A DNA stretch of 62,842 nucleotides, the filler included, from Octopus bimaculoides (lineage: Eukaryota), in assembly GCF_001194135.2 (NCBI RefSeq). It is 6 parts of 6 records of this genome, joined end to end, with 100 filler letters (N's around TTAATTAATTAA, not from the genome) between each part and the next. Parts side by side here need not be neighbours in the genome. Positions count along the whole stretch, not along the records: positions 9,875 to 27,032 come from NC_068998.1; positions 27,133 to 38,275 come from NC_069010.1; 4 more parts are not named here. The stretch is one strand, 5' to 3'. A model generated the notes under the pieces. That model saw only the letters and a list, made by a program, of their open reading frames with translations, was not told where the DNA came from and did no database searches. Of the stretch, positions 24,492-35,876 are shown one piece after another; the stretch's first letter is position 1, and each line of letters starts with the position of its first letter. The position numbers were made by a program, and so were the translations under genes.

Positions 24492-24881
24492 ATGGTCTTG
24501 GCAGTCTTCACTGTATTTACATTATTCTTAACATATCTCATTTTTCATCCCAGATTATTATTTATTTATTTATTTATTTAATATCTGTTAATACCAACCT
24601 AAAGTAAGAAATAATAGTTAGGAATAAATCTAGTACTGACACTAACTGTTGTTGTTGTTGTTGTTGTTGTTATAGTCTTATATTTATTGTATTCTTTCAT
24701 TGCACAACTGAGTACAGCTGCTTGTGCCTAGGATATGGGGATTTTTATTGTTTCTGCATATTTTATTGTGTTGGAAGTATTCTATCGAATATGTGAGCAG
24801 TAACCAGAAGCAGTTGTTGTTGTTGTCGTCATTGTTGCTGTTGTTATTGTTGTTATTATGGTTATTATTATTGTTATCAAA

Positions 24882-25090
24882 GTGGTGAGCTGGCAGAATC
24901 GTTAGCACGCCGGATGAAATGCTAAGCGGTATTTTGGCCATCTTTACGTTCTGAGTTCAAATTCCACTGAGGTCGACTTTGCCTTTCATCCTTTCGGGCT
25001 CGAAAAATTACGTACCAGTTGAGTACTGATGTCGATGTGATCGACTGTCCACCTCCCCACAAAATCCAGGCTGTATGTTTATAGTAGAAA
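24882..25090 (+). mobile_element. SINE family S2
   Basis: Collinear with 9061-9305. Confidence 0.85.
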
Positions 25091-25619
25091 GGATTATTAT
25101 TATTATTATTATTATTATTCAAATTTTGTGTTAGAAGCAGCTCCTTAATTTAAATACTGTTGATGTCACAGTGTTGTTTAAATGCATTTTGACTGCAGTA
25201 TTTAGAGACAGTGTTAAAAACTGGTGTACATTAAAACAAGGGGGAAAGAATCACTCCAGAAGTAAACAAGAATGACAGATTGATATTTTGCTGTCATTTC
25301 AGCTCATTGGCATTGTATACCCAATTCACCCTTGGAAAAAATTCAAACTGCTGGTCTAAAGTATATACTGTGAGTGTAAAATATATTTACTGACATGCAT
25401 TAGTGCTGCACTAGTTAAACAAAACTCAAATGTTGCATTAAAAGCAGCTTTGTAATGTAAACATTATTGATGTCACAGACTTCATGTGTGTGTGTTGTTG
25501 TTTAAACACATTTCAACTTTGGTATTTCATCCAAGGAAGGTCCCTTTAGAGACATAATAAATGTTATAAAACACAATAGATTTTAAACCAGGCAGAACAG
25601 ATCATTTGGTTTGGTTGAG

Positions 25620-25962
25620 AAGATCTTCTCACCTTGAGTGACTGGCAGTCTGTTGGTTACAACAACAAGAGTTGCAGTTGATCCGATCAGGAGAACAGCC
25701 TGCTCTTGAAATTAACATGGAAGTGGTTTAGCACTCCAGGGATGCGTATCCTTATTGTAGTTTTCATGGAGATTCGGCGTGACTCAGAATGTAACAAGTC
25801 TGGCCCCTTTCAATTACAGGTACAACTCATTATTGCCAGCTGAGTGGACTGGAGCAACGTGAAATAAAGGGTCTTGCTCAAGGATACATTGTGTTGCTGG
25901 GAATTGAATTCACAGCCTTACACTCACGAGCGAAACACCCTAACCACTAAGCCATGTGCCTT
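25620..25962 (-). mobile_element. S3-related tRNA SINE
   Basis: Minus head TGGCTTAGTGGTTAGGGTG, B-box GTGAATTCAATTCC, body TCCTTGAGCAAGAC. Confidence 0.6.
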
Positions 25963-26125
25963 CACACACCTTGAGTGAATGAAGAGGTGACACATGAGAA
26001 TGGCTTCTCCTTATTGGAAGGGTTAGGGTGAATTTTGTGCTCAGAAATTTGAAAACTGGAAAAAAAAAACAAATCCTTTTCTCTTGAAAAACAGCTACGG
26101 GAAGAGCATCCATCTGTAAAATCCT

Positions 26126-26293
26126 GCTGCAGATGACCCATCATCTAATCCATGCTTCAGATGACCCATCATCTAATCCATGCTGCAGATGACCCATCAT
26201 CTAATCCATGCTGCCGATGACCCATCATCTAATCCATGCTGCCGATGACCCATCATCTAATCCATGCTGCAGATGACCCATCATCTAATCCAT
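26126..26293. repeat. 28-bp minisatellite, six near-perfect copies (GCTGCAGATGACCCATCATCTAATCCAT)
   Basis: Direct reading; 0-1 substitutions per unit; embedded in an RTE-tail-like repeat. Confidence 0.95.
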
Positions 26294-26474
26294 GCTTGCT
26301 GGGAAAAGCAGATGTTGAATAGCCAAGAGTAAAATTTGGTTTTGACTTACTCTGAGTCCATGTACCTCTCTCTGTCTCTCAGTAGCTTAGTCTCTCTCTC
26401 TCTCTCTCATTAGCAGAGTGTGTCACTTTCTCGAAATAGCTTAGTGTGTAACTCTTTCTTTTTCAATTACTGAG

Positions 26475-26521
<47 letters not shown>

Positions 26522-27255
26522 AGTTGAGTGTGTCATTCTCTCTTCTCTCTCTTTACATAACTGGGTGTATGTGTGTCTCTGTAGTTGCATCTCTCTCTCT
26601 CTCTCTGTCTTTCTCTCAGCAGTTGTATGTCTCTTCCTCAGTTGAGTGTGTGTCTTTCTTTCCATATAACTGTGTGAGAATGTTGTGTGTGTGTGTGTGT
26701 CTGTCATTCTTTCTAAGTAGCCTAGTATTTGTGTGTCTCAATTGCTGAGTCTTTCTCCTTCAGTTGCTGTGTGTGTGTGTCTCTCTATCTCTTTCTCTCT
26801 CTCTCTCTCTCTCTCTCATTCAGTAGCTGACTGCCTCTCTCTATCAAACTTTGAGTTGTGTCTCAATAACTGAGTATCTCTCAGTGACTGAGTTGTCATT
26901 CTCACTAGCTAAGTGTCACTTTCCTTCCTCCTCTCTCCCTCTTCTCTCTCTCCCTCTTCTCTCTCTCCCTCTTCTCTCTCTCCCTCTTCTCTCTCTCCCT
27001 CTTCTCTCTCTCCCTCTTCTCTCTCTCCCTCTNNNNNNNNNNNNNNNNNNNNNNNNNNNNNNNNNNNNNNNNNNNNTTAATTAATTAANNNNNNNNNNNN
27101 NNNNNNNNNNNNNNNNNNNNNNNNNNNNNNNNTAGTGGTTTATCGAGACGGACGGTTGTGGATTTTTGTTCTTATCAAAGAACGATAAGCTGAAAAAAGT
27201 TCATTTTATATTCCCCGGTAGGCGACCAGGGTTGCCGAGTGTTCGAAAATGGATA

Positions 27256-28332
27256 CAAGAGTTACAGAATGGAATATGAAATATCCGGGCTACATATGTT
27301 TCAAAAATTATGCGCGTTAATGAAGAAAACAGTGAACGTATTAAACTAGAAACCGGTGAACTAGAGGATGTAGCCGAGTTTACGTATTTAGGTAGTAAGA
27401 TAACGTTCTCAGGCGGCACCGACGAGGATATTAAGACGAGAATAAGTAAGGCAAGGACCGCTTTCTACCCGTTAAAAAAAAGATGGAGCACAAGTGTAAT
27501 TTCAATAAAGAACACAATCAGAATTTTTAACACTAACGTAAAAGCGGTGTTATTGTATGGGGCTGAGACATGGTGAACAACAGTTTAGTCAAATAAACAA
27601 ATACAATCATTCATCAACAGGTGATTGCGTAGTATACTTAAAATCAGATGGACCGAACACATAAGCAATATGGAGCTATGGCAAAGAACGAATCAAGTTT
27701 CGATTAGGGAGCAAATATTTAAGAAAATGTGGAAGTGGATTGGTAGCACAATTAGATAGGACACACCAAATGTAGCGAGAAGTGCTTTACAGTGGAATCC
27801 GGATGAATATAGAAAGAGGGGTTGGCCTAAGAACTCGTGGCGTAGATCAACACAAAAGGAACTAGAGAAAGGGGGACATTCATGGCAGAGTATAAGTACA
27901 GAAGTGAAAAATTATGCGACATGGAATTCAATTATAAGTGGCCTATACTCCGCGTTGGAGGGTTAAAGGCAAGAAGAAGACATATGTTTCATAGCTAGTA
28001 GAACCTCAGAAATGGTAAAATTCAAGTGAGGTGAACACCGCCGGCTATTCTTCAGGCCAAGGATATCTTGATAAGATGAAAGGCTACAATGTAACAAGGA
28101 GATACATTTATATACCCCTCACATACTATGCCCTCCACGTATTCTGAATGACTCTTCTTTGTGTCAACATGTACCTCCTTGTGACAATGTAGCCTTTAAT
28201 CTAATCAAGATATCCTTGGCCTGAAGAGTAGCCGGTGGTATACACCTCACCTGGATTTTACCACTTCTGAGGTTCCACTTGCTATGAAACATATGTAGCT
28301 CGGATATTTCCTATATCATTCTGTAACCCTTG
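27256..28332. mobile_element. Tc1/mariner-type MITE with about 160-bp TIRs, interrupted by an RTE LINE
   Basis: TA at 27254-5 and 28333-4; left TIR = 27256-27303 plus 27992-28107, right TIR about 28169-28332 (reverse complement). Confidence 0.8.
27304..27979 (+). mobile_element. 5'-truncated RTE-clade LINE with 12-bp TSD and (AAG)n tail
   Basis: FTYLGSKIT..GGTDEDIKTRISKARTAF..IRIFNTNVKAVLLYGAETW..W.WIG..ALQWNP..RG.PK..WRR; TSD ACATATGTTTCA at 27292-27303 and 27980-27991. Confidence 0.92.
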
Positions 28333-28997
28333 TATGTATGTATGTATATATGCGCGCGTGCCTGTGTGTGTTAAAGAACAACTAACGCTAAGGCAAGACA
28401 AACATCTCAGGTCATATACGTTATTATTATTAAAAAAATTTAAAGCTGTTGCGGGGATATCCCAGCGTATGGGATATTCCGTTATCGGAGACAAATAGGG
28501 AAAATGTGAAGGATATAGATTAAGGAAACGATGAAATAAAGGGCCGGAGAATAAAGAAATGAAGAAAAAAGAAGCATGAAAGTTCACAGTTCAACGTTGC
28601 GATAGTGGGATCAATTCAATTTGACGGACAGATTTTAAAATGTTTTTTTTTAACTAATCACTTTGAAACTTTGGATACTGGTATAATGTGTCTCATAGAA
28701 CAGGGTTTACTCTTAACGTTTTTGACAAAATTTTGTAGTTTAGAAGTTATTTCGTGTTAAAGATGTATCGTGTATTCAGCTGAAGAAAATTACTGCTGCT
28801 GTTTGATAAGAACAACTTCCGGGTCCATTGACAAAACGATGAGTCATCGTCAACCGAAAAATTACACACACACACACATACACATTGATAATAGGCAGAA
28901 GTTACAGAGTGACAATGGCCAAATATCCCCTACACAAAGGCAAAAAAATGCATCTAACATTTTCACCATGCTGCTGGACGATTTTCGCCTGCTCCTG

Positions 28998-29094
<97 letters not shown>

Positions 29095-29862
29095 CAATTG
29101 AACAAATGGGTTTTGAATTTTTGGAACATCTTGCATACCGTCCAGAGATCTTTTCTGTCTCAACTTCTTCAATTTTTGTTCGAACTGATTTCATATTCGG
29201 TGTAATGATGTAGTTTTATATGTTAATCAATGCCATGAAATTCATTTTCGCCATCAATCAATGAATAAAGAGCTATTAGCTTTTAGACTTTACAAATTTT
29301 GGGTAATTTTAGTCAGTTGTAAGCCAATTGTGTCCATAGCAACAAGCCAAGCAGGAGGACTCTTTTCTCTGCGAAAAATCACGTGTTGACAAATATATTC
29401 TCCTCATAAATATAGTAGTTAGATGTGCTAAAACTAACAGCTAAATAGGCCTTAAATCACGCACCTTCAATATATATTTCTTTCTTTTGGTTTTTGCGTA
29501 ATCGAAGAACTCCCATGTGTAGAATAGAAATTTGCAAAAATGTTCTGAAAATTCCAAAACTAAAATAGTTATGAGGCGTTATATAGGGTGTCTATAGCAA
29601 AATTCTGCCAATATTTCATTTATTTATAGTTGACAGCATGTGCTGTCACGCACAAAATGACAGCTTCCAAATCCTGTTTTCGGACTGTGTAAAAATAATT
29701 AAATTTAAACCTTTACATCTCTTTTTTTCGTTTTTAATTTTTCTGGGAAAAGTGAAACGTCTTCTGAGATACAGCTTAGAAAATTACTTGAATACACCAA
29801 ATTTTAAAATTTTCAATAAACTTTGAAATTTCCACAGGTGCAGCCAAACAGAAAAAAATCCC

Positions 29863-30070
29863 AGCCCGGATCTTACTCCTTTCGGTTATCACGTCTTTGG
29901 AGCTCTCTGACAACGATTACGAGGTCGTCAATTTGCTGCAAATCAAGAAGAGCTGGAAGCGGTGCATAAATGGCTACGTGACCAGCAGAAAACCTTCTTC
30001 TCCGATGAAATAAGCGAGCTTGTGGATCGCTGGAAGAAGTGCGTTGCAAAGCAAAGATATCGAAAAATGA
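29863..30070 (+). pseudogene. Mariner transposase C-terminal fragment
   Basis: SPDLTPFGYHVFGAL*QRLRGRQF..AVHKWL..FFSDEISELVDRWKKC, matching the mariner YSPDLAP.D region; contains an internal stop. Confidence 0.85.
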
Positions 30071-31052
30071 CGTAATTGTTTGCCCACCNNNNNNNNNNNN
30101 NNNNNNNNNNNNNNNNNNNNNNNNNNNNNNNNNNNNNNNNNNNNNNNNNNNNNNNNNNNNNNNNNNNNNNNNNNNNNNNNNNNNNNNNNNNNNNNNNNNN
30201 NNNNNNNNNNNNNNNNNNNNNNNNNNNNNNNNNNNNNNNNNNNNNNNNNNNNNNNNNNNNNNNNNNNNNNNNNNNNNNNNNNNNNNNNNNNNNNNNNNNN
30301 NNNNNNNNNNNNNNNNNNNNNNNNNNNNNNNNNNNNNNNNNNNNNNNNNNNNNNNNNNNNNNNNNNNNNNNNNNNNNNNNNNNNNNNNNNNNNNNNNNNN
30401 NNNNNNNNNNNNNNNNNNNNNNNNNNNNNNNNNNNNNNNNNNNNNNNNNNNNNNNNNNNNNNNNNNNNNNNNNNNNNNNNNNNNNNNNNNNNNNNNNNNN
30501 NNNNNNNNNNNNNNNNNNNNNNNNNNNNNNNNNNNNNNNNNNNNNNNNNNNNNNNNNNNNNNNNNNNNNNNNNNNNNNNNNNNNNNNNNNNNNNNNNNNN
30601 NNNNNNNNNNNNNNNNNNNNNNNNNNNNNNNNNNNNNNNNNNNNNNNNNNNNNNNNNNNNNNNNNNNNNNNNNNNNNNNNNNNNNNNNNNNNNNNNNNNN
30701 NNNNNNNNNNNNNNNNNNNNNNNNNNNNNNNNNNNNNNNNNNNNNNNNNNNNNNNNNNNNNNNNNNNNNNNNNNNNNNNNNNNNNNNNNNNNNNNNNNNN
30801 NNNNNNNNNNNNNNNNNNNNNNNNNNNNNNNNNNNNNNNNNNNNNNNNNNNNNNNNNNNNNNNNNNNNNNNNNNNNNNNNNNNNNNNNNNNNNNNNNNNN
30901 NNNNNNNNNNNNNNNNNNNNNNNNNNNNNNNNNNNNNNNNNNNNNGTGGTGGTTGCAGTGGTAGTGGTGCTGGCGGCGGCGGCGGCGGCGGCGGCGGAAT
31001 TGGTCGGTAAAGCTTGGAGGAAGTCATTATCCATGTGTCTCTCTATATTTAG

Positions 31053-31106
31053 ACACAGTGGAGGAAATCTTTGACCGGAAGCGGAAGTAGTTGGGAACGG
31101 TCAAAG
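31053..31106 (+). CDS. Tentative 54-nt exon (phase 0: TQWRKSLTGSGSSWERSK)
   Basis: Acceptor tgtctctctatatttag| and donor AAG|gtcagc; not linked to other exons. Confidence 0.25.
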
Positions 31107-31172
31107 GTCAGCACCTAATGAACTGATATCATTTCATAGAAAGGAAAGTAAATGAATATGATACCTGCGTGA

Positions 31173-31212
<40 letters not shown>

Positions 31213-32325
31213 NNNNNNNNNNNNNNNNNNNNNNNNNNNNNNNNNNNNNNNNNNNNNNNNNNNNNNNNNNNNNNNNNNNNNNNNNNNNNNNNNNNNNNNN
31301 NNNNNNNNNNNNATCTATCTATTTATCTATCTATCTATCTATCTATTTATCTATCTATCCATTCATCCAAACCCACCCACCTACCTGCCTGCCTGTTTGT
31401 CAGTCAGTCTACTTGTCCATCTGCTTGTTTCTCTGTCCAACTGTCTGTCCATTTATCGTTCTTTAGCCCCAGACCAACCCGTGACTCAGCAGACCTATGA
31501 TCGAAAGCGCTCCAACCACGACAACTCTGTCCTGCTGTCAGCCATTGCTTATCTACAAACGCACCGTCTATGTCTCCCCGTTTTCAACACAATAGGGTGT
31601 CTTGTAAGCGAAATTTAACTTCCATTTCTAGCAATGGATGTTACCACACAGCGGCTCGTCGGCATCGCATTGTTGTTGTTGCTGTGGTGGTGGTGGTGTT
31701 GGTGGTGGTAACGGCAACTACAGTAACAACAACAGCAATAATTTAGAAAGTTCTACGCAATAGCAATATATATACGACTTAGCGAAATTATAACGTAGAT
31801 TTAAGATAAAATTAAATCAAGTTTAGTGTTAACCACAACTACCACTACCACCACCACCACCACCACCATCACCACCACCACCACCACCACCACCACCACC
31901 ACCACAACGACGACGACCCAAAAATAATTCCAGAAAGTGATGGTGCCGGGTATGATGTTGGAAGGAATTTGATGGAGCAAAAATATAGAATCCCACTCGG
32001 AATTGAGTCTTAGTTGTACCCTACACACCCGCCTTCGTCTGGCGTATCTTATTCGTTCAAAAAATATAAAACGCACACATATATATGTATGCATGTGTGA
32101 GAGTGTGTGTGTATGTATGTATGTATGTGTGAGAGTATGTAGGTATGTACGTGTATATGTATGTGTGTATGTATGTATGTATGTATGTATGTATGTATGT
32201 ATGTGTATAAGTATGTGTGTATGTATGTATGTATGCATGTGTGAGAATATGTATGTATGTGTGTATGTATGTATGTATGTATGTATGTACACATGCAGAT
32301 TAGCATGTATGTATATATGTTCATA

Positions 32326-32485
32326 AGCGCAGACGTGGCTGTGGTAAGAAGCTTGCTTCTCAACCACAAGGTTCCGGGTTCAGTCCTCATGCGTGGTACC
32401 TTGGGCAAGTATCTTCTAATATAGCTTTTGGTCAACCAAAGCTTTGCTAGTGGATTTGGTAGACGGAAACTAAAAGAGGTTGGTC

Positions 32486-32490
<5 letters not shown>
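32326..32490 (+). mobile_element. SINE family S1, 5' half
   Basis: Collinear with 678-845. Confidence 0.75.
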
Positions 32491-32520
<30 letters not shown>

Positions 32521-32523
<3 letters not shown>

Positions 32524-32890
32524 GGAAAATTCACAAAGGGAGAAATCAAAAGACGAAGACAAGTGGTGTAGACAACAAACAGATGTATTAGTTTAACGCT
32601 CCGGAATTGAAGAAGTCTTTAACGTTTCGAGCCTACGCGCTACCACAGAAAGGAACACAGAAAGAAACAGGGAGAGAAAATAAAAAATGTGTAGTGGCTA
32701 GCGATCTATCAGGGCGAATGCAGGACAGAGGGGTCACACTAGAGATCTAGGAAGAAGGGGAGCTAATAAAGTAGTGGTGACCCCAAAACGAAGGTGCGCG
32801 TGCGTGTGTATAAGAGCGCATGTATGTGCGTGTGGAAGAAGGCTGGTGACCTTGACGTGTGCGTGTGCATGTGTGTGGATGATGGTGTGG
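32521..32890 (-). mobile_element. Family A repeat, older and longer copy with a degenerate hammerhead (32616-32652)
   Basis: Homologous to 177-365; the core reads CUGUGGUA instead of CUGUUGA. Confidence 0.65.
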
Positions 32891-32896
32891 GTGATA

Positions 32897-33560
32897 AGTA
32901 GCCATGTTTTCTTTTTCTTTTTCCCCGCCTACTCTTGTTAATTCTCTGAACGTTTTACAACACAACCGTTGTATCTGCCCCTTCACTAGATATTTTTGTA
33001 GACCTGCATTAAACATTTCATAATAATTTTCCTATCCATTACCCCCTTCCCCGTATTCCTCGAAATTATAATCTTTCTGTGTCAGATGTTCTTTTGGAGG
33101 GATGGCATTTTCAAAAAGTAGCCATGTTTTTCCTTGTTAATTTTCAAAGTTTTACAACCGCTCTGCCTACCCTCACACTAGATATTTTTGTAGACCTGCA
33201 TTTAACATAATTTTCCTTGACGTATAAAACGATTCCTTAACCCCCTCCCTCTATTGCTGGAAAATATAATCTTTCTGAGTCATATGTTCTTTTAGCGGAA
33301 TGGCGTTTTCTAAAGGCAGCCATGTTTTTTCTTGTTTTCCCGCCTAATTTTGTCAATTCTCTCTACGTTTTACAACACAACCGCCATACCTACCCCTACA
33401 CTAGATATTTTTGTACACCCACATTAAATATTTCATAATAACTTTCCTAGATGTATCAAACGATCCCTTAACCCTCCCTACATTCGTGGAATATAATCTT
33501 TCTGGGATGGTGTTTTCTAAAACCAGCCATGTTTTTCTTGTTTTCCCGTCTGGTTTTGTT
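32897..33560 (-). repeat. Tandem array of about 3.3 units (180-226 bp) derived from an R4/Dong-like LINE post-RT region
   Basis: Units start at AG(T/C)AGCCATGTTTT near 32897, 33117, 33297 and 33523; the minus translation repeats RKNMA.FRK.HP..D.ERLY.PR..GG.G. Confidence 0.6.
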
Positions 33561-34081
33561 ATTTCTCTATGTTTTACATATTTTGTCGCCTTTTATGTAT
33601 TTTGTTTCTTTTACCTGTGTTTGACGTAATCTTTGTGATTTATGTTTGTTATATTTATAGTTCTAATGATTTTATTCGCGTTGTTTGTATTTCTCTTTTT
33701 GTTTTTGAATAGTTCTATTTCTATTTTTGTTTTCGTTAACATACTTTTTAAATATGTCATCTTTTTAAATTAACTTCGTCTGACGGGGAGTCTTCCTAGT
33801 TACACTTGTGTGTAGATGTAATATATTTGATATCTACCTTGATGACATAAATAACTTCGCATCTGTTTTCTGTTTTTAAACTATTTTCTCCGAAACAAAT
33901 CTCGAGGAGCAGCAGCGGAAGGTATTACGAAAAAAGAAAAGAAGGGACCTACAAACTCNNNNNNNNNNNNNNNNNNNNNNNNNNNNNNNNNNNNNNNNNN
34001 NNNNNNNNNNNNNNNNNNNNNNNNNNNNNNNNNNNNNNNNNNNNNNNNNNNNNNNNNNNNNNNNNNNNNNNNNNNNNNNNN

Positions 34082-34355
34082 AGTGTCTTCTACTATAGCC
34101 TCGGGCCGACTAATGCCTTGTGAGTGGATTTGGTAGACAGAAACTGAAAGAAGCCCGTCGTATATATGTATATATATATATGTATGTATGTGTGTTTACG
34201 TTCCCGTAACGTAGCGGTTCGGCAAAAGAGACCGATAGAATAAGTACTAGGCTTCCAAAGAATAAGTCCTGGGGTCGATTTGCTCGACTGAAAAAGGCGG
34301 TGCTCCAGCATGGCCGCAGTCAAAATGACTGAAACAAGTAAAAGAGTAAAAGAGT
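34082..34355 (+). mobile_element. SINE family S1, 3' part
   Basis: Near-consensus copy with (GAGTAAAA)n tail. Confidence 0.85.
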
Positions 34356-34554
34356 AAAATGCCTAAAGTTATATTTAATTTGCAATATATTATTACTTGG
34401 CCATAAGTTTGGAACATATACACGAACATATTCTTATACACACATGATGATCCTCTATGCGGATGGTTGCGACTTAGTTGCTCACACAATTGAAGATATG
34501 TAAATTCTTTACATTATTTACATATGACGGATATTTGTCATCTTGTTTGCTGTT

Positions 34555-34600
34555 AACACAACGTTTCGGCTGATATACTCTCCAGCCTTCATCAGGTGTC
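34555..34600 (-). ncRNA. Minimal type-I hammerhead ribozyme motif, canonical core, GUU site
   Basis: GACAC-CUGAUGA-A-GGCUG-GAGAGUAUAU-CAGCC-GAAAC-GUU-GUGUU: 5-bp helix I, 5-bp helix II, palindromic ACGU helix III. Confidence 0.85.
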
Positions 34601-34664
34601 TTGGGGAAATTTCGAACCTGGGTTCTCATCCTTAAGGTATTTTTCAATGTTGTTGTTGTTGTTG

Positions 34665-34700
<36 letters not shown>

Positions 34701-34773
34701 TTTAAAAAGAATGACGTAACTCTTCACGAGGGTAAATAGTCAAAACGAAGAGCGCGATTCGATTGTATAAATG

Positions 34774-34870
34774 TTTTATTCGTTGAACAATATTTCGACA
34801 GTACGTCTGTCTTTGTCAAGTTTAAAGACAAAAACAGACGTACTGTCGAAATATTGTTCAACGAATAAAA
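34774..34870. repeat. Near-perfect 44-bp inverted repeat with a 9-nt loop
   Basis: Arms 34774-34817 and 34827-34870, one mismatch. Confidence 0.95.
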
Positions 34871-35093
34871 TATTATTATTATTATTATTATTATTNNNNN
34901 NNNNNNNNNNNNNNNNNNNNNNNNNNNNNNNNNNNNNNNNNNNNNNNNNNNNATGACGGATATTTGTCATCTTGTTTGCTGTTAACACAACGTTTCGGCT
35001 GATATACTCTCCAGCCTTCATCAGGTGTCTTGGGGAAATTTCGAACCTGGGTTCTCATCCTTAAGGTATTTTTCAATGTTGTTGTTGTTGTTG

Positions 35094-35129
<36 letters not shown>

Positions 35130-35379
35130 TTTAAAAAGAATGACGTAACTCTTCACGAGGGTAAATAGTCAAAACGAAGAGCGCGATTCGATTGTATAAA
35201 TGTTTTATTCGTTGAACAATATTTCGACAGTACGTCTGTCTTTGTCAAGTTTAAAGACAAAAACAGACGTACTGTCGAAATATTGTTCAACGAATAAAAT
35301 ATTATTATTATTATTATTATTATTCAGATCCGCGCTCTTAACCACTACACCATATGCCCGTGGGCAATAATGGAGTGAA

Positions 35380-35693
35380 TTTTAGGACATATAAATCTAA
35401 TATTTTCCTATCCTTCCTTAATACCGGTTCCCATATGCTGTTCATATCTGCACTCGGTCTGCTTAGGAGGTTGTTGTGTCCTAGCATATGTGCTTCTTCT
35501 TTTAGTTTTCGTTTTTTCTAGTAGTGTTCTCTGTCTATTATTTTAACTTCATCACATAGGGGGAGGTAGTCTCCATTTTACCATACATGATCAGCTATAC
35601 GCGATTTATCAATATCTCCCCGTGTCACAGTTTTGCGATGTTCCTCTACCCATATTTTGAGAGGGCGGAAAGGTTTCGCCTTTGTATAACCTA
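35380..35693 (-). pseudogene. Penelope GIY-YIG endonuclease C-terminal fragment
   Basis: YKGET(fs)RPLKIWVEEHRKTVTRGDIDKSRIADHVW*NGDYLPLCDEVKIIDREHY*KKRKLKEEAHM..LSRPS..IW.PV, a typical PLE GIY-YIG pattern. Confidence 0.88.
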
Positions 35694-35717
35694 CCGAGTT
35701 CGATTCCAGGCAGTGAT

Positions 35718-35787
<70 letters not shown>

Positions 35788-35833
35788 TCGAAAAATACCA
35801 TAGGAATGAGAACCCAGGTTCGAAATTCCCCAA

Positions 35834-35876
35834 GACACCTGATGAAGGCTGGAGGGTATATCAGCCGAAACGGGTT
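35834..35876 (+). ncRNA. Hammerhead motif, defective copy (cleavage triplet and helix I 3' strand disrupted)
   Basis: GACAC-CUGAUGA-A-GGCUG-GAGGGUAUAU-CAGCC-GAAAC-GGGUU, versus GAAAC-GUU-GUGUU in the sister copy. Confidence 0.7.

Noticed and set aside
29094-29185. Second mariner-like fragment (TIEQMGFEFLEHLAY) and a possible hAT-type end at about 39823 (CAGCGGTTCTCAAA)
   Set aside because: Too short or degenerate, with no matching opposite terminus or TSD to support a call.
34953-35324. Exact direct repeat of 34524-34895, including a third family B hammerhead and a second hairpin
   Set aside because: Identical sequence on both sides of a short N gap indicates an unmerged contig overlap; not counted as an independent copy.
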